This document shows, piece by piece, positions 35,214-43,389 of a DNA stretch of 43,389 bases. Position 1 is the stretch's first letter, and each line of letters opens with the position of its first letter. The DNA is taken from the NCBI GenBank assembly GCA_041500865.1, contig JBGQMY010000008.1:1-43389 (forward strand), written 5' to 3'. Source of the DNA: Candidatus Micrarchaeia archaeon. Its GTDB lineage: Archaea > Micrarchaeota > Micrarchaeia > Anstonellales > J096. The notes beneath the pieces were generated by a model, which made no database searches, had not been told where the DNA came from, and worked only from the letters and a program-made list of their open reading frames with translations. The position numbers and the translations under genes are program-made.

Positions 35214-36413
35214 CTAAATGTGTGCATCGGCCGCCGGAAAGTTCATTGTGAATGTCGTCTCCTCGCCCTTCCTGGACTGCACGCCTATGTCGCCCTTGAA
35301 AAGCATCACAAGCGAATGCGCTACTGCGAGGCTGAGCCCCATGCCCCTCTGCGAGCCCCTGTCCTTTGTGGAGAAATAGGGGTCGAATATCTTGCCTATT
35401 ATCTTGTCGTCTATTCCCTTTCCATTGTCTGAAACAGTCACCGTCACCTTGTTGGCTTCCCTGCGCGCCGTGATGCTGACCTCTCCTCCTGCCCCAGGCA
35501 GCGACTCAATGGCATTTACAGCCAGTATCTCCAGGAGCTCAATCATCTTCATGTTGTCGCCCAATATCGTGCAATCGCTGCCTGCGGTGAAATGCAGGAC
35601 CGCCTTTTTGGCGGCCGCCATATCCTTGAGCTTGAATTCCAGGTGCGGCATCAATGAATCAAGGGAGACGGGTTCATCCCTGGCTACGCTGAATCCGGAG
35701 ATTGTGTTGAACCTTTGTATGAGCGCCCTTATTTCCACGGCCATGTCCATGGCACTGTTAATATATTCCAAGGCTCCCTTATGTTGGAGTTCGTCAGCCT
35801 TTTTTGCATTGATCCTTGCCAGCTCCATATACCCTATTACGCTGGTCATCATGTTGTTTATGTCGTGCGCAATGCCGCCTGCCACTATCGTCACGCTTTC
35901 GGCCTTCTGTTTCATGAGATTCATTTCCCTCTCTGTCGTGTCCCAGACTGCAATCACCATGAATGACGGTTTGCCGCCCCCGTCCCTTATGATTTTGCCT
36001 GAAAACTCTCCGGGGAAGCTGGAACCGTCCTTCCGTTCGTATGTGCATGCGGCCTTGCCTATGATGCCGCTTTGCTGCATTTGCATCAACTGGCTGTTGT
36101 CTTTGTTGCACAGGAGCCGGGCCGCGTCCATCCCTATCAGTTCGCCCTTTTCGTACCCGAAAACCCCAGGTGCGGAGGCGCTGCATTCAAGTATTCTCTT
36201 GTCCATGCCGGCTATGAATATCGCGTCTGAGGAGATTTCCTCAATTGCCCTTATCGTCTCGCGCTCAAACCATTCCCGCTCGACCACGCCTGTTAGTTTC
36301 CTGACTAGGCTGAGGCCTTTGCCGCCGCCATCATGGTCGAAGAATTTTTGCAGGCCTGTGGCTGGATGGCGGTTCCCGTTCTTCTGCTGTTCCCTGTTTT
36401 TCTGCCTGTCCAT
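35214..36413 (-). CDS. Cytoplasmic PAS-domain histidine kinase
   Basis: PAS/PAC (FGYEKGELIG...RKDGS), H-box AHDINN, NAIES, DNGKGI, FDPYFSTK, GMGLSL. Confidence 0.9.
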   Translation of the reverse strand: MDRQKNREQQKNGNRHPATGLQKFFDHDGGGKGLSLVRKLTGVVEREWFERETIRAIEEISSDAIFIAGMDKRILECSASAPGVFGYEKGELIGMDAARLLCNKDNSQLMQMQQSGIIGKAACTYERKDGSSFPGEFSGKIIRDGGGKPSFMVIAVWDTTEREMNLMKQKAESVTIVAGGIAHDINNMMTSVIGYMELARINAKKADELQHKGALEYINSAMDMAVEIRALIQRFNTISGFSVARDEPVSLDSLMPHLEFKLKDMAAAKKAVLHFTAGSDCTILGDNMKMIELLEILAVNAIESLPGAGGEVSITARREANKVTVTVSDNGKGIDDKIIGKIFDPYFSTKDRGSQRGMGLSLAVAHSLVMLFKGDIGVQSRKGEETTFTMNFPAADAHI

Positions 36414-36526
36414 TATATCACGGATTTTGATGATTAGGTATATATAAGTGTGTATAACTGTTTTTATATGTATCTGTTGCAGGCCGCTATTGCAACCATT
36501 AAAAAGGTTGCAGGGAAAAAGGCTGC

Positions 36527-37858
36527 ATGAACTTCGGAACAGCAGGCGTAAGGGGGCTTTTTGACGAAATCAACGGCAGGACCGCCTATGAGATAGGCAA
36601 CATATTCGCGCCCCAGCTGGGAAAAAACATAGTGGTCGCGATGGACCACAGGCTGACCTCTCCGTCGGTGTACCACGGGCTCGTGTCAGGCATACTTGAG
36701 GGGGGCAGCGACGCCATAGAGCTTGGGTACTGCCCCAGCCCTGTTGCGGAATTCTATAACACGTTCAAGAGGTACGACGGCCTGTTCATAATCACCGGAA
36801 GCCACAACCCGCCTGAGTACAACGGCATAAAGGTGGTGGACAAGAGAGGCGTAATAATCAACAAGGAGACCTCCACCCAGATGGTGGCAAAGGGCATGAG
36901 CCTCGCCAACTGGAACTGCGTGGGCAAGGAAAGGGACAGGAGCGAGAGCGCCGCGGCCTTCTATATGGAGAGGGTGTTGGAGCTTCTGAACAAAAACAGG
37001 CTGAAAGGCAGGCGTTTCGTCGTGGACTACGGAAACGGCGTCACGATAGACGTGTTCTCCAAGCTGCTCAAGGAGCTGGGGCTGGACACCATCTGGCTCA
37101 ATGCGACGATGGACGGCACATTCCCGGGAAGGGATTCCGAGCCATTGAAGGACAACCTGAAAAAGCTGATGGAGACGTGCAAAAGCCACGGCATACCCGG
37201 CATAGCGTTCGACGGGGACGGCGACAGGCTGAGCATGGTGGACGAGGGCGGCAACTTCGTGAGCGGGGACGTCGTCTTCGCGCTTGCGGTAAGGAAGATG
37301 TACGAGGAGGGGATGAAAGGCGACGTTGCAGCCACTCTTGCAAGCTCAAAGCTCATAAACCACGTCGTGGAAAGCGCGGGCTTCAGGGTGAGGTACACAA
37401 GGGTCGGCGCCACCTACGTCGCGGAAAAGATGCTGGAGGATGGCATGATGGCCGGCGGCGAGGAGGTCGGCGGCACCATATGGAAGGAGCTGAGCCTGGC
37501 AAAGGACGGCATGTTCACTGCGCTCAAGGTGCTGGAGATGCTCGACAAACGGAAACTGAGGGACATCGTTGCCGAGCTGCCGGTTTGGCACGTGCACAAG
37601 GAAAAGATGGCTGTCGAGAGGGCCAAGATTCCGAAGTTCATGGCAGGGGTGCGCAACACGCTCAAGAAGGACGGCGCGATAAGCATAGACGACGAAACGA
37701 CGAGGGCGGACTACAGGGATTATTGGGTATTCGTAAGGGCAAGCGGCACTGAGCCCATAATAAGGGTGTGGGCAAGCTCCATGGACGAAAAGACGTCCGA
37801 AAAGGCCGGAAAGGAGATATACGCGAAAATGGCAAAACTATACAAGGAGACGAAGTGA
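36527..37858 (+). CDS. Phosphoglucomutase/phosphomannomutase family
   Basis: FGTAGVRG, TGSHNPPEYNGIK, FDGDGDR, GGEE.G, RASGTEP. Confidence 0.93.
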   Translation: MNFGTAGVRGLFDEINGRTAYEIGNIFAPQLGKNIVVAMDHRLTSPSVYHGLVSGILEGGSDAIELGYCPSPVAEFYNTFKRYDGLFIITGSHNPPEYNGIKVVDKRGVIINKETSTQMVAKGMSLANWNCVGKERDRSESAAAFYMERVLELLNKNRLKGRRFVVDYGNGVTIDVFSKLLKELGLDTIWLNATMDGTFPGRDSEPLKDNLKKLMETCKSHGIPGIAFDGDGDRLSMVDEGGNFVSGDVVFALAVRKMYEEGMKGDVAATLASSKLINHVVESAGFRVRYTRVGATYVAEKMLEDGMMAGGEEVGGTIWKELSLAKDGMFTALKVLEMLDKRKLRDIVAELPVWHVHKEKMAVERAKIPKFMAGVRNTLKKDGAISIDDETTRADYRDYWVFVRASGTEPIIRVWASSMDEKTSEKAGKEIYAKMAKLYKETK

Positions 37859-37875
37859 AAATCGGCAGGCGAACC

Positions 37876-37989
37876 TCAGAGCTCGCCGACCCTTCTTTTT
37901 AGCTTCCTCTTTAGCCGTTTTCTTCTCTTCTTTATCCATTTCCATCTCATCTTTCCCTTCTTCTTCCACTTCCTCGGCTTTGAACCCAA
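37876..37989 (-). CDS. rpl41e: Ribosomal protein eL41 (eS32), 37 aa
   Basis: Hand translation gives [40 protein letters not shown] start with GGTGA SD. Matches the archaeal WKKKG.MRWKW.KKR..RLKR pattern. Confidence 0.9.
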   Translation of the reverse strand: MGSKPRKWKKKGKMRWKWIKKRRKRLKRKLKRRVGEL

Positions 37990-38068
37990 ACAATCACCCA
38001 ATATCAAATCTAGCGTCTAAGTGCAACCCTATGCCCGGAAAGACTTTTAAAGGTATCCTGGACCGGCC

Positions 38069-38791
38069 CTAGGAAGACAGGCCTGGGGCCATGCCGTTCA
38101 TGTATGACAGAAGCGCGGCTGAGCCTAAGGTCATGATGAGCACAGCGGCAAGCACTATCAGCAATATGACCATCAGCACAATAGGCGAAAGCACCACTGC
38201 CAAGGGCCTCTTCCATCCGCCCAGCCCATAGGACGACTGGACCAGCCTGAAGTTAAGGTATAGCTGGTATATTCCCAGCACCGCCGCTGCGAGCGAGCCC
38301 ACTATCCCGCAAATGGGTATGGCTTCCACTATCCTGGGAACAATCCCAAGAAGGGCGATTGGCCCTGATATGGTTCCGAGCGCGCCCATCGTTCTGCCGA
38401 ATTCGCCTTTTCCGTTCAGGAGCTTTGCGGCTGCGGCATAGGCGGCGGCAGTGAATGCCATGCTGATGATGACAATGAACGGAAGCGCGATGAGCGATAC
38501 CAAGGCTATGAGGCCGTATGCCGACAGGACCGCCGCGGTGCCTAAGCCGGCTGCAGGGATGGCCAATTCCACGACAAAGCCGGCTATCAAGACGAGTATT
38601 GTGCTGAAATACGCAGGCACTATGGCGTCCCTGAACCCCTTGCCTATTGAAGAAGACGCTATCTCCTTCGGCAATGCCGCGGAGGGGTTGAGCATAAGCT
38701 CGACAAAGTCCGCCTTCCTCACAAGCGGGAACAGCGCCAAATACTTCCTTATAAGGTCCTTCAGGCCCATAACAAGAGAATCGTCTGCCAT
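38069..38791 (-). CDS. Yip1-family membrane protein
   Basis: L.NP, AKLLNGKGEF..T, five TM segments, YGLG.WK. Confidence 0.8.
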   Translation of the reverse strand: MADDSLVMGLKDLIRKYLALFPLVRKADFVELMLNPSAALPKEIASSSIGKGFRDAIVPAYFSTILVLIAGFVVELAIPAAGLGTAAVLSAYGLIALVSLIALPFIVIISMAFTAAAYAAAAKLLNGKGEFGRTMGALGTISGPIALLGIVPRIVEAIPICGIVGSLAAAVLGIYQLYLNFRLVQSSYGLGGWKRPLAVVLSPIVLMVILLIVLAAVLIMTLGSAALLSYMNGMAPGLSS

Positions 38792-38879
38792 GGGTTGGTT
38801 GGATTGAAAACGTATTTAAACCATGCGCAAGGCAAAGCCTGCTGCGAAAATTGAAAAGGCTAAAAAAGGAAAGCCAATG

Positions 38880-39638
38880 TCATATCGCCAGCGCAATGCT
38901 GGACAGGAACGCCACTCCCCAGTATATCAAAGCCCCGACTACGAACCCCGATATCACGACGACTGCAATGGCCCTCCACTTTGAAAGCTGGTGCAGTATC
39001 CTAACCATCTTGTAATTGAGGTAAAGCTGGAACAGGCAGATGCATATTCCGGCAAGCAGCACGAGCGTGTAAAGGATGGGCCAGATGGCAGACCAGTATG
39101 CGCCTGCCAAAACTGCGCCAATAAGCGCGACGATTCCTGCTACGACGACAAGCGCAATGCTGATGAGGTTTATCGGGGCGGAGATTATGCCAAGCATGCC
39201 CATCGTCTTCCCGAAACTTCCTTTTCCGCCAAGGATTTTCGTCATTATCAGATACCCTATGGCAGTCAGCAGGTTGCCTACGGCCGCCGTCATTGCTCCG
39301 AACGCTACTGACAGCACCATTACGCCCACTATCATCATGATTATCATGTCGGGTATCGTTTGGAGCAGCGGCATCAGCCTCGTCAGCGAGAATATCAGGT
39401 AGAATATTGAAAGCACGAAAGTGAATATCATGGACGTTATTATGGCGTCCGAAAGGCCCTGGCCAACGGTCGCCTTCTCTATCTCATTCGGCATCTCCTT
39501 GTCCGGCTCAGTGATAATCTTGCCGAGCTCGTCGGACCTCACAAGCGGGAACATGGCGACGTATCTCTTGAGCATGCGCTTAAAGCGGCCTTCGGGGTCA
39601 TTCTTTCCTGTCTTTTCAGCTTTTTTGTCAGATGCCAT
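38880..39638 (-). CDS. Yip1-family membrane protein (tandem paralog)
   Basis: Shares FPLVR, EI......G..DAI, GKG.FG.TMG.LG.IS.PI and QLYLN with 38069..38791. Confidence 0.8.
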   Translation of the reverse strand: MASDKKAEKTGKNDPEGRFKRMLKRYVAMFPLVRSDELGKIITEPDKEMPNEIEKATVGQGLSDAIITSMIFTFVLSIFYLIFSLTRLMPLLQTIPDMIIMMIVGVMVLSVAFGAMTAAVGNLLTAIGYLIMTKILGGKGSFGKTMGMLGIISAPINLISIALVVVAGIVALIGAVLAGAYWSAIWPILYTLVLLAGICICLFQLYLNYKMVRILHQLSKWRAIAVVVISGFVVGALIYWGVAFLSSIALAI

Positions 39639-39809
39639 GATGCTGTTTTAAAATAAGCATTTAAAAAACTTGCCTTTTTCCTGCCATATTGGTATAGAGT
39701 ATAGGGTAAAAAGAGGGATGGAATGGTTGAATGGCGGAATGCCGGCGTTTCCGGGTATGGCCGCGGGTTTTAAGCCATTGGCGGTATCAGGACCGAATGC
39801 CACAAGGCA

Positions 39810-41222
39810 TTATTGCCTTATTATGGAAACGCCGACCAGCGTTTCGTCGCCGCTGTCCATGACGTTGTATCCCATGGCCTTTATTTTATCCCTCAGTTCG
39901 TCCGCCCTTTTCCAGTCCTTTGACTTCCTGGCCTCCTTGCGTTCGCCAATGAGCTTGTTTATCTCTTCCGGCAGCTTTTCACCTTTCCCAATTATGCCAA
40001 GCACTTTGTCCGCATCGAACAGCGAATCCAGGATTTTCTGGGCATTCGCCTTGCTTACCTTGTCCTGCAAAAGCAGCCTGTTGACCTCCGAAACAAAATG
40101 GAACAGTTCCGCGAGCGCCTCTGGGATATGCAGGTCGTTGTCCATGTTCTTCTCGAAGCCTGCCGCAAACGATGAAATCATCTCCTCAATCTTCCTGTCA
40201 GTCTCGTAATCCTGCTTGCCGTTCGCGCACCTGAGCTTCAGGGCAAGGTCCAGCAGGTTCTGCACGGTCTTTGCTGAAGAGTCCAGCGCCTCAAAAGTGA
40301 AGTTCAGCTGCTGCCTGTAATGCGTTGAGATAAGCAGATAGCGCATCGCCTTCGGATGGTGCCCCTTTGCCAGGATGTCCCTTAGAGTGTAAAAATTGCC
40401 AAGGCTCTTGCTCATCTTCTTCCCGTCAACCATGAGATGTTCCGTATGGAGCCAATAGTTTACGAATTTCTTGCCGCTTGCCGCCTCGCTCTGCGCAATC
40501 TCATTTTCATGGTGCGGGAACATGTTGTCAATGCCGCCGCAGTGGATGTCGAATGTCTCGCCCAAGTATTTCGAGCTCATGGCCGAGCACTCGATGTGCC
40601 AGCCAGGCCTGCCCTTTCCCAGCTCGGTCTCCCAGAAAACATTCCCGTCGTTTTCGTCCCAGGCCTTCCATAGCACGAAATCCGCAAGCTGCTGCTTCTC
40701 GTATTCGTCGTGCGAGACCCTTGCGCCTGCCTTGAGCTGGGATATGTCCAGGTGGGAAAGCTTTCCGTATCCCTTGAATTTGGCGATTGAGAAATAGGTC
40801 GAGCCGTCCTCCCCTTTGTACGCATAGCCCTTTTCCGTCAGCGTTCTTATCATTGAGACCATTTCGGGTATGTGCTCAGTCGCCCTCGGATAAACGTTGG
40901 CTGGCAGGAGGTTTAGCGTTTTCACGTCCTCAAAAAAGGCTTTCTCGTATCTTTTTGTGAACTCCTCGAGCGGAACGCCCTCTGCCCTGGAATCGCGTAT
41001 CGTCTTGTCGTCCACGTCCGTTATGTTCATTACGTGCCTTACCCTGTAGCCCCTGTATTCAAGCCAGCGCCTTAGCAGGTCTTCAAAAACGTATGTGCGG
41101 TAGTTGCCTATGTGCGGATAATTGTAGACCGTAGGCCCGCACGTGTAAATGCCAGCCTCGTTTGGCTTGATTGACCTGAAATCCTCAAGTTGCCTTGAGA
41201 GGCTGTTGAACAGTCTGAGCAT
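39810..41222 (-). CDS. cysS: Cysteine--tRNA ligase
   Basis: CGPTVY, HIGN, GRPGWHIECSAM, FPHHENE, KMSKSLGN. Confidence 0.97.
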   Translation of the reverse strand: MLRLFNSLSRQLEDFRSIKPNEAGIYTCGPTVYNYPHIGNYRTYVFEDLLRRWLEYRGYRVRHVMNITDVDDKTIRDSRAEGVPLEEFTKRYEKAFFEDVKTLNLLPANVYPRATEHIPEMVSMIRTLTEKGYAYKGEDGSTYFSIAKFKGYGKLSHLDISQLKAGARVSHDEYEKQQLADFVLWKAWDENDGNVFWETELGKGRPGWHIECSAMSSKYLGETFDIHCGGIDNMFPHHENEIAQSEAASGKKFVNYWLHTEHLMVDGKKMSKSLGNFYTLRDILAKGHHPKAMRYLLISTHYRQQLNFTFEALDSSAKTVQNLLDLALKLRCANGKQDYETDRKIEEMISSFAAGFEKNMDNDLHIPEALAELFHFVSEVNRLLLQDKVSKANAQKILDSLFDADKVLGIIGKGEKLPEEINKLIGERKEARKSKDWKRADELRDKIKAMGYNVMDSGDETLVGVSIIRQ

Positions 41223-41292
41223 AGATGGATAGGAAATCAGGATTTAAAAAAGGAAAGGGTTGGCGTTGTGATGCTGTTTTAGCGCAGCGGCA

Positions 41293-42345
41293 TCATTCCC
41301 GCCCGACCCAGTGCGGCGCAGGCATGTCCCTCACGCTCCATTCGTGCCCCCATGGGCTGTAACCGGGCGGCGGCGCGCTGCCTGGCACATACGTGTTGCT
41401 GTGTTTTGCATGTTTCCGCTCCATTTTCCGCTTCTCGAATAATTCCTCAGCCCTCTGGTCTGCATCCCATTGCCTCTCTAGGGCCGCAAACCGCCTTATG
41501 AGCTCGAGCGAATCCTGTTTCCGCGTGCTGCCGTCCGGCAACTTCATTTGTTCATAAATGTTCAGGTACTTCTTACGCACACGGAAGTCCTGGATTTTTT
41601 CATCTGTATATGTGCTGTCATAAAAAATATTCTTCAGGATGATGGGGTTCCTCTTCCTTACATGGGCGATTATGGCCTGGTTAAGGAGCAGCGAATCATG
41701 GCGCCGTTCCCTGGCTTCAGGGAGCATTAGATGCAAACTGTCTAGGAGTGCGCATGTTAGAGAGTCGCGCCATCTGGCCGCATTCACTCTCTTCCGGTCT
41801 CCTGTCCTTGCAGGCAGCACAGAATCCTTTGACCATATCTCCTTATCCGTGATTTCCCATTCCATCTTCTTGAAAAGCCATTCGGAATCATTTTCGCATA
41901 TCGCTTTCACCAGGAACAGCGAGTCTTCCTTCCTGATTTCGGAATCAAGGGAGTCGCTGCCTTCAGCTGATCCCTCGCCCTCGCTTACCCTACGCGCTTC
42001 TAATTTGTCCACTGCTTTGCTTAGGAGCGCCTTCCGCCCGGCGCTTGTTGCGGATCTTAATTCGCCTTCCATGTCTGCATACCTGATGGCCTCTTCCCCC
42101 AGCCGCCTCATTTCGCCTCTTTGCTCGCTTTCGCTCAGGAAGAACATTGCGGAGCTTCTTGTTTTGTGATTGAGGAAAGAGGAGCCCAGGTGCAAAGCAG
42201 GCGCGTTTTTGGGAGCGCTCTTTTGGCAGCCTGCAATTAATGCGGACGCCAAAAGAATGGTGGCAGCCGCGGCAAGCATCCTGAAAGGCCTTTTGCGGAT
42301 GCGCCTGGCAGCATGCGATTTTCCGGAAGCGGGCTTCATGTCCAT
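41293..42345 (-). CDS. Variable lipoprotein, paralog 1
   Basis: Basic leader, hydrophobic stretch and LIAGC lipobox. Shares RKEDSLF, MLPEAR, DSLLL and MKLPDG.TRKQD with the next gene. Confidence 0.8.
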   Translation of the reverse strand: MDMKPASGKSHAARRIRKRPFRMLAAAATILLASALIAGCQKSAPKNAPALHLGSSFLNHKTRSSAMFFLSESEQRGEMRRLGEEAIRYADMEGELRSATSAGRKALLSKAVDKLEARRVSEGEGSAEGSDSLDSEIRKEDSLFLVKAICENDSEWLFKKMEWEITDKEIWSKDSVLPARTGDRKRVNAARWRDSLTCALLDSLHLMLPEARERRHDSLLLNQAIIAHVRKRNPIILKNIFYDSTYTDEKIQDFRVRKKYLNIYEQMKLPDGSTRKQDSLELIRRFAALERQWDADQRAEELFEKRKMERKHAKHSNTYVPGSAPPPGYSPWGHEWSVRDMPAPHWVGRE

Positions 42346-42396
42346 ATCGCTTAATGTTGTATAATATGTATTTTAAAGGTTATTTAAGCCTGGAAA
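42260..42396. repeat. Direct repeat copy 1 (promoter plus signal-peptide DNA)
   Basis: 42281..42396 is identical to 43274..43389 (offset 993); near-identity extends to about 42260. Confidence 0.95.
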
Positions 42397-42417
42397 CCGC
42401 CAATCATATAACAGATA

Positions 42418-43338
42418 CTAACGCGACCTGTGGGGCTCAATCGGGCTTTTTTCCACTCCGCCCGACGGATAGTTGCCTAGGTTTCCCCATTTCTTGTAAT
42501 GCTCTTCTGCCAGATGCTCCTGCCACTCCTTTTCCACCTTTGGGTCCACCGCAAAACGCTTGGCAATCCTGAGGCCGTCCTGCTTCCGCGTAAGGCCGTC
42601 AGGCAGCTTCATTTTTTCATACTTATCCATTATGCTGTCATCGCCGCGAAGCCAGTCCATTAGCCCGCCGTTTTCCCATTCCACATAAGATGTTACGATG
42701 GGGCGCAGAAGCAGCGAATCCCGGTGCCTGTCCCTGGCTTCGGGAAGCATCGGCTTGAACGAATTGAAAACTGCACTTATTGGCGAGCCGCGCCATCTTG
42801 TTGGAACAACGGACGGTTGCGACCTCTTCAGATAATCATTCATGGCTTCGACAAGGTCCATGGAATCTCTTTTCATTATGCCTTTCCGTATGAACAACGA
42901 GTCTTCCTTCCTAGCGAGCGGATTTACCTTGTTGCTGTCATTGTCTACGGAATTGCCGTCTGCGGCCAGCGCCATCGCCCGATTCATAGTTTGGAATGTA
43001 TCAACAATGCCGCTGAGGAGCAAACGGCGCTTTGCGTGCGTGATTTTTCCCCTCATTTCCCATTCCAGCTTGTTTATTTCCTCCTCCCCACCCCGTCTCA
43101 GCTGGTTTATGCGCGCCTCGTTCATATCCGCCAATTGCTGGTGTATGGATTCAATTGACGACTGCATCTCCTGGGACGCAGCCTCGGCTTCCGCACGGTG
43201 GTCCTGTTTTTCTTTATTGCAGCCTGCAACCAATACTGATGCCGCAAGAACCGTGGCAGCCGCGGCAAGCAATCTGAAAGGCCTTTTGCGGATGCGCCTG
43301 GCAGCATGCGATTTTCCGGAAGCGGGCTTCATGTCCAT
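42418..43338 (-). CDS. Variable lipoprotein, paralog 2
   Basis: First 22 aa identical to paralog 1, LVAGC lipobox. Confidence 0.8.
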   Translation of the reverse strand: MDMKPASGKSHAARRIRKRPFRLLAAAATVLAASVLVAGCNKEKQDHRAEAEAASQEMQSSIESIHQQLADMNEARINQLRRGGEEEINKLEWEMRGKITHAKRRLLLSGIVDTFQTMNRAMALAADGNSVDNDSNKVNPLARKEDSLFIRKGIMKRDSMDLVEAMNDYLKRSQPSVVPTRWRGSPISAVFNSFKPMLPEARDRHRDSLLLRPIVTSYVEWENGGLMDWLRGDDSIMDKYEKMKLPDGLTRKQDGLRIAKRFAVDPKVEKEWQEHLAEEHYKKWGNLGNYPSGGVEKSPIEPHRSR

Positions 43339-43389
43339 ATCGCTTAATGTTGTATAATATGTATTTTAAAGGTTATTTAAGCCTGGAAA
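43253..43389. repeat. Direct repeat copy 2, running to the window end
   Basis: Matches 42260..42396. Confidence 0.95.

Noticed and set aside
32553..36447. Long antisense ORFs (32553..33203, 33549..34466, 35392..36447)
   Set aside because: Shadows of EF-2 and the histidine kinase caused by codon bias; no protein motifs.
39639..39809. Structured ncRNA or small gene in the 170-bp gap between Yip1 and cysS
   Set aside because: Only short weak stems, and no recognisable RNA family or convincing ORF.

Overview
Archaeal chromosomal segment, most likely DPANN/Micrarchaeota-like. This is inferred from TFE, aIF-1A, aIF-2beta, CarS, Trm1, archaeal EF-2, eL41 and TATA boxes lying about 20-30 nt before leaderless ATGs. 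Housekeeping genes (ychF, tfe, carS, trm1, EF-2, cysS, PMM, a MacB-type ABC operon, tRNA-Ile) are interleaved with single-gene accessory units, nearly all on the minus strand. These are four ankyrin-repeat genes (three ending in a shared FxSFLxxFxECV motif), a JAB/MPN-like protein, a 32-aa tandem-repeat mTERF/TALE-like protein with hypervariable loop positions, a protein with a sigma-70 region-2-like domain, an orphan PAS histidine kinase and a tandem pair of variable lipoproteins. Several of these share a fixed-length 30-nt head (TTTTTAA...CACAAT-N6-ATG). Also present are an AT-rich MjaV-like type II R-M island, a glutamine synthetase homologue that has lost its catalytic residues, bacterial-type dapL-lysA, tRNA-derived 69-bp tandem repeats in front of tRNA-Ile, and an eL41 gene missed by the ORF track. 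All family assignments come from motif recognition by eye; no searches were run.
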